A stretch of DNA of 64,000 nucleotides, from positions 413,602,001 through 413,666,000 of the forward strand of contig OZ024741.1 of the NCBI GenBank assembly GCA_964016885.1, read 5' to 3'. The notes beneath the pieces were generated by a model. The model did not search any database. It was not told the DNA's origin and saw only the letters and a program-made list of their open reading frames with translations. The position numbers and the translations under genes are program-made. Source of the stretch: Eledone cirrhosa. Lineage: Eukaryota. Below are positions 1 through 12,319 of the stretch, piece after piece; position 1 is the first letter of the stretch; each line of letters starts with the position of its first letter.

Positions 1-3000
1 GGACATGTGGTTAGAATGTCTCAGGAAAGAATCACTGGATTGAGAGGTCACAGCTCTGATACTATGGAAATGTGGTTAGAATGTCTCATGCAAGAAACAC
101 TGGATTGAGTGATCACAGCTCTGATAATATGGACATGTGGTTATAATGTCTCATGAAAGAATCACTGCATTGAGAGCTCACAGCTCTGATACTACACACA
201 TGTGGTTAGAATGTCTCAGGAAAGAATCTTGGATTGAGAGATCACAGCTCTGATACTTCAGACATGTGGTTAGAATGTCTCAGGAAAGAATCTCCAAATT
301 GAGAGATCACAGCTCTGATATTAGAGGCATGTGGTTAGAATGTCTCATGAAAGAATCACGGAATTGAGAGATCACAGCTCTGATACTACAGACATGTGGT
401 TAGAATGTCTCAGGAAAGAATCTCTGGATTGAGAGATCACAGCTCTGATACTTCAGACATGTGGTTAGAATGTCTCAGGAAAGAATCTCTGAATTGAGAG
501 ATCACAGTTCTGATACAATGGACATGTGGTTAGAATGTCTTAGGAAAGAATCTCCAAATTGAGAGATCACAGATCTGATATTACAGACATGGCGTTAGAA
601 TGTCTCAGGAAAGAATCTCTGGATTGAGAGATCACAGTTCTGATACTATGGACATGTGGTTAGAATGTCTCAGGAAATTTTCTCCAAATTGACAGATCAC
701 AGCTCTGATATTACAGGCATGTGGTTAGAATCTGTCATGAAAGAATCACTGGATTGAGAGATCACAGCTCTGATACTACAGACATGTGGTTAGAATGTCT
801 CAGGAAAGAATCTCCAAATTGAGAAATCACAGCTCTGATATTACAGACATGTGGTTATAATGTCTCATGAAAGAATCACTGGATTGAGAGATCACAGCTC
901 TGATACTTCAGACATGTGGTTAGAATGTCTCAGGAAAGAATCTCCAAATTGAGAGATCACAGCTCTGATACTACAAACATGTGGTTAGAATGTCTCAGGA
1001 AAGAATCTCTGAATTGAGAGATCACAGTTCTGATACTGTGGACATGTGGTTAGAATGTCTGAGGAAGGAATCTCCAAATTGAGAGATCACAGCTCTGATA
1101 TTACAGGCATGTGGTTAGAATGTCTCATGCAAGAATCACTGGATTGAGAGATCACAGCTCTGATAATACAGACATGTGGTTAGAATGTCTCATGAAAGAA
1201 TCACTGGATTGAGAGATCACAGCTCTGACGCGACAGACATGTGGTTAGAATGTCGAAGGAAAGAATCTCTGGTTTGAGAGATCACAGCTCTGATACTTCA
1301 GACATGTGGTTAGAATGTCCCAGGAAAGAATCTCTGAATTGAAAAATCACAGCTCTGATACTACAGACATGTGGTTAGAATTTCCCAGGAAAGAATCTCT
1401 GAATTGAGAGATCACAGCTCTGGAATTACAGACATGTGGTTAGAATGTCTCAGGAAAGAATCTCCAAATTGAGAGATCACAGCTCTGATACTACAGACAT
1501 GTGGTTAGAATGTCCCAGGAAAGAATCTCTGAATTGAGAGATCACAGCTCTGGAATTACAGACATGTGGTTAGAATGTCTCAGGAAAGAATTTCTGGATT
1601 GAGAGATCACAGCTCTGATACTACAGACATGTGGTTAGAATGTCTCTTGAAAGAATCACTGGATTGAGAGATCACAGCTCTGATACTACAGACATGTGGT
1701 TAGAATGTCGCAGGAAAGAATCTCTGGATTGAGAGAGCACAGCTCTGATACTTCAGACATGTGGTTAGAATGTCTCAGGAAAGAATCTCTGAATTGAGAG
1801 ATCACAGTTCTGATACTATGGACATACGGTTAGAATGTCTTAGGAAAGAATCTCCAAATTGAGAGATCACAGCTCTGATATTACAGACATGGGGTTAGAA
1901 TGTCTCACGAAATAATCTCTGGATTTAGAGATCACAGTTCTGATACTTTGGACATGTGGTTAGAATGTCTCAGGAAAGAATCTCCAAATTGAGAGATCAC
2001 AGCTCTGATACTACAGACATGTGGTTAGAATGTCTCAGGAAAGAATCTCCAAATTGAGAGATCACAGCTCTGATACAACAAACATGGGGTTAGAATGTCT
2101 CAGGAAAGAATCTCTAAATTGAGAGATCACAGCTCTGATACTACAGACATGTGGTTAGAATGTCTCAGGAAAGAATCTCCAAATTGAGAGATCACAGCTC
2201 TGATATTACAGATATGTGGTTATAATGTATCATGAAAGAATCACTGGATTGAGAGATCACAGCTCTGATACTATGGACATGTGGTTAGAATGTCTCACGA
2301 AAGAATCACTGGATTCAGAGGTCACAGCTCTGATACTATGGACATGTGGTTAGAATGTCTCCGGAAAGAATCACTGGATTGAGAGATCACAGTTCTGATA
2401 CTATGGACATGTGGTTAGAATGTCTCAAGAATTTTACTCCAAATTGAGAGATCACTGCTCTGATATTACAGGTATGTGCTTAGAATGTCTCATGCAAGAA
2501 TCACTGGATTGAGAGATCACAGCTCTGATACTACAGACATGTGTTTAGAATGTCGCAGGAAAGAATCTCTGGATTGAGAGATCACAGCTCTGATACTTCA
2601 GACATGTGGTTAGAATGTCTTAGGAAAGAATCCCTGAATTGAGAGATCACAGCTCTGATACTACAGCCATGTGGTTAGAATGTCCCAGGAAAGAATTTCT
2701 GGATTGAGAGATCACAGTTCTGATTCTGTGGACATGTGGTTAGAATGTCTTTGGAAAGAATCTCCAAATTGAGAGATCACAGCTCTGATATTACAGACAT
2801 GGGGTTAGTATGTCTCAGGAAAGAATCTCTGAATTGAGAGATCACAGCTCTGGAATTACAGACATGAGGTTAGAACGTCTCAGGAAAGAATTTCTGGATT
2901 GAGAGATCACAGTTCTGATTCTATGGACATGTGGTTAGAATGTCTTAGGAAAGAATCTCCAAATTGAGAGATCACAGCTCTGATATTACAGGCATGTGTT

Positions 3001-3189
3001 TAGAATGTCTCAGGAAAGAATCACTGGATTGAGAGGTCACAGCTCTGATACTATGGAAATGTGGTTAGAATGTCTCAGGAAAGAATCACTGGATTGAGAG
3101 GTCACAGCTCTGATACTATGGACATGTGGTTAGTATGTCTCAGGAAAGAATCTCTGGATTGAGAGATCACAGTTCTGATACTTGATACT

Positions 3190-5600
3190 ATGGACATGTG
3201 GTTAGAATGTCTCAGGAATTTTCCTCCAAATTGAGAGATTACAGCTTTGATATTACAGGCATGTGGTTAGAATGTCTAATGCAAGAATCACTGGATTGAG
3301 AGATCACAGCTCTGATACTACAGACATGTGGTTATAACGTCTCAGGAAAGAATCACTGGATTGAGAGATCACAGCTCTGATACTACAGACATGTGGTTAG
3401 AATGTCTCAGGAAAGAATCTCCAAATTGAGAGATCACAGCTTTGATATTACAGGCATTTGGTTAGAATGTCTCTTGAAAGAATAACTGGATTGAGAGATC
3501 ACAGCTCTGATACTACAGACATGTGGTTAGAATGTCTCAGGAAAGAATCTCTGGATTGGGAGATCACAGCTCTGGAATTACAGACATGAGATTAGAATTT
3601 GTCAGGAAAGAATTTCTGGATTGAGAGATCACAGTTCTGATACTATGGATATGTGGTGAGAATGTCTTAGGAAAGAATCTCCAAATTGAGAGATCACAGC
3701 TCTGATAACACAGAGATGTGGTTAGAACGTCTCAATAAAGAATCTCCAAATTGAGAGATCACAGCTCTGATACTACAGACATGTGGTTAGAACGTCTCAA
3801 TAAAGAATCTCCAAATTGAGAGATCACAGCTCTGATACTACAGTCATGTGGTTAGAATGTCTCAGGAAAGAATTTCTGGATTGAGAGATCACAGTTCTGA
3901 TACTATGGACATGTGGTTAGAATGTCTCAGGAAATATTCTACAAATTGAGAGATCACAGCTCTGATATTACAGGTATGTGTTTAGAATGTCTCATGCAAG
4001 AATCACTGGATTGAGTGATCACAGCTCTGATACTATGGAAATGTGGTTAGAATGTCTCAGGAAAGAATCACTGGATTGAGAGATCACAGTTCTGATACTA
4101 TGGACATGTGGTTAGAATGTCTTAGGAAATAATCTCCAAATTTAGAGATCACACCTCTGATATTACAGACATGTGGTTATAATGTCTCAGGAAACAATCT
4201 CTGGATTGAGAGATCACAGCTCTGATACTATGGACATGTGGTTAGAATGTCTCAGGAAAGAATCACTGGATTGAGAGGTCACAGCTCTGATACTATGGAC
4301 ATGTGGTTAGAATGTCTCAGGAAAGAATCACTGGATTGAGAGGTCACAGCTCTGATACTATGGACATGTGGTTATAATGTCTCAGGAAAGAATCTCCAAA
4401 TTTTGAGAGCACAGCACTGATACTATGGACATGTGGTTAGAATGTCTCAGGAAAGAATACCTGAATTGAGAGATCACAGTTCTGATACTACAGACATGTG
4501 GTTAGAATGACTCATGAAAGAATCACTGGATTGAGAGATCACAGCTCTGATACTACAGATATGTGGTTAGAACGTCTCAGGAAAGAATCTCTGGATTGAG
4601 ATATCACAGCTCTGATACTTCAGACATGTGGTTAGAATATCTCAGGAAAGACTCTCCAAATTGAGAGATCACAGTTCTGATACTACAGACATGTGGTTAG
4701 AATGTCTCAGGAAGGAATCTCCAAGTTGAGAGATCACAGCTCTGATACTACAGACATGCGGTTACAATGTCTCAGGAAAGAATCTCTGAATTGAGAGATC
4801 ACAGCTCTGATACTTCAGACATGTGGTTAGAATATCTCAGGAAAGACTCTCCAAATTGAGAGATCACAGTTCTGATACTATGGACATGTGGTTAGAATGT
4901 CTCAGGAATTTTCCTCCAAATTGAGAGATCACAGCTTTGATATTACAGGCATGTGGTTAGAATGTCTAATGCAAGAATCACTGGATTGAGAGATCACAGC
5001 TCTGATACTACAGACATGTGGTTATAACGTCTCAGGAAAGAATCTCTGAATTGAGAGATCACAGTTCTGATACTATGGACATGTGGTTAGAATGTCTCAG
5101 GAAAGAATCTCCAAATTGAGAGATCACAGCTTTGATATTGCAGGCATTTGGTTAGAATGTCTCTTGAAAGAATAACTGGATTGAGAGATCACAGCTCTGA
5201 TACTACAGACATGTGGTTAGAATGTCTCAGGAAAGAATCTCTGGATTGGGAGATCACAGCTCTGGAATTACAGACATGAGATTAGAATTTGTCAGGAAAG
5301 AATTTCTGGATTGAGAGATCACAGTTCTGATACTATGGACATATGGTTAGAATGTCTTAGGAAAGAATCTCCAAATTGAGAGATCACAGCTCTGATACTA
5401 CAGTCATGTGGTTAGAATGTCTCAGGAAAGAATTTCTGGATTGAGAGATCACAGTTCTGATACTATGGACATGTGGTTAGAATGTCTCAGGAAATATTCT
5501 ACAAATTGAGAGATCACAGCTCTGATATTACAGGTATGTGTTTAGAATGTCTCATGCAAGAATCACTGGATTGAGTGATCACAGCTCTGATACTATGGAC
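3190..5600 (+). repeat. Local duplication within the satellite, 26-monomer offset (1690 bp, 1560 bp distally)
   Basis: Private variants are shared at fixed offset: ctcaggaattttcctcc at 3211/4901, cagacatgagattagaatttgtc at 3581/5271. cagtcatgtg at 3841/5401 is a 24-mer offset after a 2-monomer difference. Confidence 0.85.
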
Positions 5601-8179
5601 ATGTGTTTAGAATGTCTCAGGAAAGAATCACTGGATTGAGAGGTCACAGCTCTGATACTATGGAAATGGGGTTAGAATGTCTCAGGAAAGAATCTCTGGA
5701 TTGAGAGATCACAGCTCTGATACTTCAGACATGTGGTTAGAATGTCTCATGTAAGAATCACTGGATTGAGAGATCACAGCTCTGATACTATGGACCTGTG
5801 TTTAGAATGTCTCAGGAAAGAATCACTGGATTGAGAGTTCACAGTTCTGATACTATGGACATGTGGTTAGAATGTCTTAGGAAAGAATCTCCAAATTGAG
5901 AGATCACACCTCTGATATTACAGACATGTGGTTATAATGTCTCAGGAAACAATCTCTGGATTGAGAGATCACAGCTCTGATACTTCAGACGTGTGGTTAG
6001 AATGTCTCATTCAAGAATCACTGGATTGAGAGATCACAGCTCTGATACTATGGACATGTGGTTAGAATGTCTCAGGAAATAATCACTGGATTGAGAGGTC
6101 ACAGCTCTGATACTATGGACATGTGGTTAGAATGTCTCAGGAAAGAATCACTGGATTGAGAGATCACAGCTCTGATATTACAGACATGTGGTTATAATGT
6201 CTCAGGAAAGAATCTCCAAATTGAGAGAGCACAGCCCTGATAATATGGACATGTGGTTAGAATGTCTCAGGAAAGAATCTCTGAATTGAGAGATCACAGC
6301 TCTGATACTACAGACATGTGGTTAGAGTGACTCATGAAAGAATCACTGGATTGAGAGATCACAGCTCTGATACTACAGACATGTGGTTAGAATGTCTCAG
6401 GAAAGAATCTCTGAATTGAGAGATCACAGCTCTGATACTACAGACATGTGGTTAGAGTGACTCATGAAAGAATCACTGGATTGAGAGATCACAGCTCTGA
6501 TACTTCAGACATGTGGTTAGAATGTCTCAGGAAAGAATGTCTTAATGGAGAGGTCACAGTTCTGATACTATGGACATGTGGTTAGAATGTCTCAGGAAGG
6601 AATCTCCAACTTGAGAGATCACAGCTCTGATACTACAGACATGTGGTTAAAATGTCTCAGGAAAGAATCTCTGAATTGAGAGATCACAGTTCTGATACTA
6701 TGGACATGTGGTTAGAATGTCCCAGGAAATTTTCTCCAAATTGAGAGATCACAGCTCTGATATTACAGGCATGTGGTTAGAATGTGTCATGCAAGAATCA
6801 CTGGATTGAGAGATCACAGCTCTGATACTACAGACATGTTGTTAGAATGTCTCATGAAAGAATCACTGGATTGAGAGATCACAGCTCTGACACGACAGAC
6901 ATGTGGTTAGAATGTCTCAGGAAAGAATCTCCAAATTGAGAGATCACAGCTCTGATATTACAGACATGTGGTTATAATGTCTCATGAAAGAATCACTGGA
7001 TTGAGAGATCACAGTTCTGATACTACAGACATGGGGTTAGAATGTCTCAGGAAAGAATCTCCAAATTGAGAGATCACAGCTCTGATGTTACAGACATGTG
7101 TTTAGAATGTCTCATGCAAGAATCACTGGATTGAGAGATCACAGCTCTGATGTTACAGACATGTGGTTATAATGTCTCATGAAAGAATCACTGGATTGAG
7201 AGATCACAGCTCTTATACTACAGACATGTGGTTAGAATGTCTCAGGAAAGAATCTCTGAATTGAGAGATCACAGCTCTGATACTATGGACATGTGGTTAG
7301 AATGTCTCAGGAAAGAATCTCCAAATTGAGAGATCACAGCTCTGATATTACAGGCATGTGGTTTGAATGTCTCATGAAAGAATCATGGAATTGAGAGATC
7401 ACAGCTCTGATACTTCAGACATGTGGTTAGAATGTCTCAGGAAAGAATCTCTGAATTGAGAGATCACAGCTCTGATACTACAAACATGTGGTTAGAATGT
7501 CCCAGGAAAGAATCTCTGAATTGAGAGATCACAGCTCTGGAATTACAGACATGTGGTTAGAACGTCTCAGGAAAGAATTTCTGGATTGAGAGATCACAGC
7601 TCTGATACTTCAGACATGTGGTTAGAATGTCTCAGGAAAGAATCTCCAAATTGAGAGATCACAGCTCTGATATTAGAGGTATGTGGTTAGAATGTCTTAG
7701 GAAAGAATCACTGGATTGAGAGATCACAGCTCTGAAACTATGGACATGTGGTTAGAATTTCTCAGGAAAGAATCACTGGATTGAGAGATCACAGTTCTGA
7801 TACTATGGACATGTGGTTAGAATGTCTTAGGAAAGAATCACTGGATTCAGAGATCACAGCTCTGATACTACAGGCATGTGGTTATAATGTCTCAGGAAAG
7901 AATCTCTGGATTGAGAGATCACAGCTCTGATACTTCAGACATGTGGTTAGAATTTCTCATGCAAGAATCACTGGATTGAGAGATCACAGCTCTGATACTA
8001 AGGTCATGTGGTTAGAATGTCTCAGGACAGAATCACTGGATTGAGAGATCACAGTTCTGATACTATGGACATGTTTGTTAGAATATCTTAGGAAAGAATC
8101 TCCAAATTGAGAGATCACACCTCTGATATTACAGACATGTGGTTATAATGTCTCAGGAAACAATCTCTGGATTGAGAGA

Positions 8180-11160
8180 TCACAGCTCTGATACTTCAGA
8201 CGGGTGGTTAGAATGTCTCATGCAAGAATCCCTGGATTGAGAGATCACAGCTCTGATACTATGGACATGAGGGTAGAATGTCTCAGGAAAGAATCACTGG
8301 ATTGAGAGGTCACAGCTCTGATACTATGGAAATGTGGTTAGAATGTCTCAGGAAAGAATCACTGGATTGAGAGGTCACAGCTCTGATTCTATGGACATGT
8401 GGTTAGAATGTCTCATGAAAGAATCACTGGATTGAGAGATCACAGCTCTGATACTACAGACATGTGCTTAGAACATCTCAGGAAAGAATCTCCAAATTGA
8501 GAGATCACAGCTCTGATATTACAGACATGTGGTTATAATGTCTCATGAAAGAATCACTGGATTGAGAGATCACAGCTCTAATACTACAGACATGTGGTTA
8601 GAATGTCTCAGGAAAGAATATCTGAATTAAGAGATCACAGCTCAGATACTATGGACATGTGGTTAGAATGTCTCAGGAAAGAATCTCCAAATTGAGAGAT
8701 CACAGCTCTGATGTTACAGGCATGTGGTTTGAATGTCTTATGAAAGAATCACTGGATTGAGAGCTCACAGCTCTGATACTACACACATGTGGTTAGAATG
8801 TCTCAGGAAAGAATCTTGGATTGAGAGATCACAGATCGGATACTTCAGACATGTGGTTAGAATGTCTCAAGAAAGAATGTCCAAATTGAGAGATCACAGC
8901 TCTGATATTAGAGGCATGTGGTTAGAATGTCTCAGGAAAGAATCACTGGATTGAGAGGTCACAGCTCTGATACTATGCAAATGTGGTTAGAATGTCTCAG
9001 GAAAGAATCACTGGATTGAGAGATCACAGTTCTTATACTATGGACAGGTGGTTAGAATGTCTTAGGAAAGAATCTCTGGATTGAGAGATCACAGCTCTGA
9101 TACTTCAGACATGTGGTTAGAATGTCTCATGTAAGAATCACTGGATTGAGAGATCACAGTTCTGATACTATGGACATGTGGTTAGAATGTCTTAGGAAAG
9201 AATCACTGGATTGAGAGATCACAGCTCTGATACTACAGGCATGTGGTTATAATGTCTCAGGAAACAATCTCTGAATTGAGAGATCACAGCTTTGATACTA
9301 CAGACATGTGGTTAGAGTGACTCATGAAAGAATCACTGGATTGAGAGATCACAGCTCTGATACTACAGACATGTGGTTAGAATGTCACAGGAAAGAATCT
9401 CTGGATTGAGAGATCACAGCTCTGATACTTCAGACATGTGGTTAGAATGTCTCAGGAAAGAATATCTGAATTCAGAGATCACAGTTCGGAATCTATGGAC
9501 ATATGGTTAGAATGTCTCAGGAAATGTTTTCCGATTTGAGAGATCACAGCTCTGATATTACAGGCATGTGGTTAGAATGTCTCATGAAAGAATCACTGGA
9601 TTGAAAGATCACAGCTCTGATACTACAGACATGTGGTTAGAATATCTCAGGAAAGAATCTCCAAATTGAGAGATCACAGCTCTGATATTACAGACATTTC
9701 CTTATAATGTCTCATGAAAGAATCACTGGATTGAGAGATCACAGCTCTGATACTACAGACATGTGGTTAGAATGTCTCAGGAAAGAATCTCTGAATTGAG
9801 AGATCAAAGCTCAGATACTATGGACATGTGGTTAGAATGTCGCAGGAAAGAATCTCCAAATTGAGAGATCACAGCTCTGATACTACAGACATGTGGTTAG
9901 AATGTCTCAGGAAAGAATCACTGGATTGAGAGATCACAGCTCTGATGCTACAGACATGTGGTTAGAATGTCTCATGAAAGAATCACTGGATTGAGAGATC
10001 ACAGCTCTGATACTATGGACATGTGGTTAGAATGTGTTAGGAAAGAATATCTGAATTGAGAGATCACAGCTCTGATATTACAGGCATGTGCTGAGAATGT
10101 CTCATGAAAGAATCACTGGATTGAGAGATCACAGCTCTGATGCTACAGACATGTGGTTAGAAAGTCTCATGAAAGAATCTCTAAATTGAGAGATCACAGC
10201 TCTGATATTACAGACATGTGGTTATAATGTCTCATGAAAGAATCACTGGATTGAGAGATCACAGCTCTGATACTACAGACATGTGGTTAGAATGTCGCAG
10301 GAAAGAATCTCTGGATTGAGAGATCACAGCACTGATATTACAGACATGTGGTTAGAACGTCTCAGGAAAGAATCTCCAAATTGAGAGATCACAGCTCTGA
10401 TATTACAGACATGTGGTTATAATGTCTCATGAAAGAATCACTGGATTGAGAGATCACAGCTCTGATGCTACAAACATGTGGTTAGAATGTCTCATGAAAG
10501 AATCACTGGATTGAGAGATCACAGCTCTGATTCTATGGACATGTGGTTAGAATGTGTTAGGAAAGAATCTCCAAATTGAGATATCACAGCTCTGATACTT
10601 CAGACGGGTGGTTAGAATGTCTCATGCAAGAATCCCTGGATTGAGAGATCACAGCTCTGATACTATGGACATGAGGTTAGAATGTCTCAGGAAAGAATTA
10701 CTGGATTGAGAGGTCACAGCTCTGATACTATGGAAATGTGGTTAGAATGTCTCAGGAAAGAATCACTGGATTGAGAGGTCACAGCTCTGATTCTATGGAC
10801 ATGTGGTTAGAATGTCTCATGAAAGAATCACTGGATTGAGAGATCACAGCTCTGATACTACAGACATGTGGTTAGAACGTCTCAGGAAAGAATCTCCAAA
10901 TTGAGAGATCACAGCTCTGATATTACAGACATGTGGTTATAATGTCTCATGAAAGAATCACTGGATTGAGAGATCACAGCTCTAATACTACAGACATGTG
11001 GTTAGAATGTCTCAGGAAAGAATATCTGAATTAAGAGATCAAAGCTCAGATACTATGGACATGTGGTTAGAATGTCTCAGGAAAGAATCTCCAAATTGAG
11101 AGATCACAGCTCTGATATTACAGGCATGTGGTTTGAATGTCTTATGAAAGAATCACTGGA
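8180..11160 (+). repeat. Duplicated block, 37-monomer offset (about 8180-8760 vs about 10585-11160)
   Basis: cgggtggtt at 8201 and 10605 (2404 = 37x65-1, matching the 1-bp deletion near 8817). Also shared: aatccctgga, ctctaatact, tgaattaaga, ctcagatact, ggtttgaatgtcttatg. Confidence 0.85.
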
Positions 11161-12319
11161 TTGAGAGATCACAGCTCTGATGCTACAGACATGTGGTTAC
11201 AATGTCTCATGAAAGAATCACTGGATTGAGAGATCACAGCTCTGATGCTACAGACATGTGGTTAGAATGCCTCATGAAAGAATCACTGGATTGAGAGATC
11301 ACAGCTCTGATACTACAGACATGTGGTTAGAATGTCTCAGGAAAGAATCTCCAAATTGAGAGATCACAGCTCTGATACTACAGACATGTGGTTATAATGT
11401 CTCAGGAAACAATCTCTGAATTGAGAGATCACAGCTTTGATACTACAGACATATGGTTGGAGTGACTCATGAAAGAATCACTGGATTGAGAGATCACAGC
11501 TCTGATACTACAGACATGTGGTTAGAATGTCGCAGGAAAGAATCTATGGATTGAGAGATCACAGCTCTGATACTTCAGACATGTGGTTAGAATGTCTCAG
11601 GAAAGAATATCTGAATTCAGAGATCACAGTTCTGATACTATGGACATGTGGTTAGAATGTCTCAGGAAATTTTCTCCAAATTGAGAGATCACAGCTCTGA
11701 TGTTACAGGCATGTGGTTAGAATGTCTCATGAAGGAATCACTGGATTGAAAGATCACAGCTCTGATACTACAGACATGTGGTTAGAACATCTCAGGAAAG
11801 AATCTCTGAATTGAGAGATCACAGCTCTGATATTACAGACATTTGGTTATAATGTCTCATGAAAGAATCACTGGATTGAGAGATCACAGCTCTGATACTA
11901 CAGACATGTGGTTAGAATGTCTCAGGAAAGAATCTCTGAATTGAGAGATCAAAGCTCTGATACTATGGACATGTGGTTAGAATGTCGCAGGAAAGAATCT
12001 CCAAATTGAGAGATCACAGCTCTGATATTACAGACATGTGGTTATAATGTCTCATGAAAGAATCACTGGATTGAGAGACCACAGCTCTGATACTACAGAC
12101 ATGTGGTTAGAATGTCTTAGGAAAGAATCTCCAAATTGAGAGATCACAGCTCTGATATTACAGGCATGTGCTGAGAAAGTCTCATGAAAGAATCACTGGA
12201 TTGAGAGATCACAGCTCTGATGCTACAGACATGTGGTTAGAATGTCTCATGAAAGAATCACTGGATTGAGAGATCACAGCTCTGATACTATGGACATGTG
12301 GTTAGAATGTCTCAGGAAA

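Noticed and set aside
1891-1898. Telomere-like GGGGTTAG / GGTTAG word
   Set aside because: It occurs once per monomer at most and never as tandem TTAGGG, so it does not support an interstitial telomere or a G-quadruplex.
7748-7930. Predicted 60-aa ORF (GTG start)
   Set aside because: It lies wholly in the satellite and spans under 3 monomers. The 65-bp unit is not a multiple of 3, so the peptide cycles through the three frames. It is open only because point variants removed stop codons, and it resembles no protein family I recognise.
8733-8954. Predicted 73-aa ORF
   Set aside because: It is the same repeat-derived peptide (MWLECLRKES), extended by the 1-bp deletion near 8817 and chance loss of stops. 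There is no evidence of coding function.
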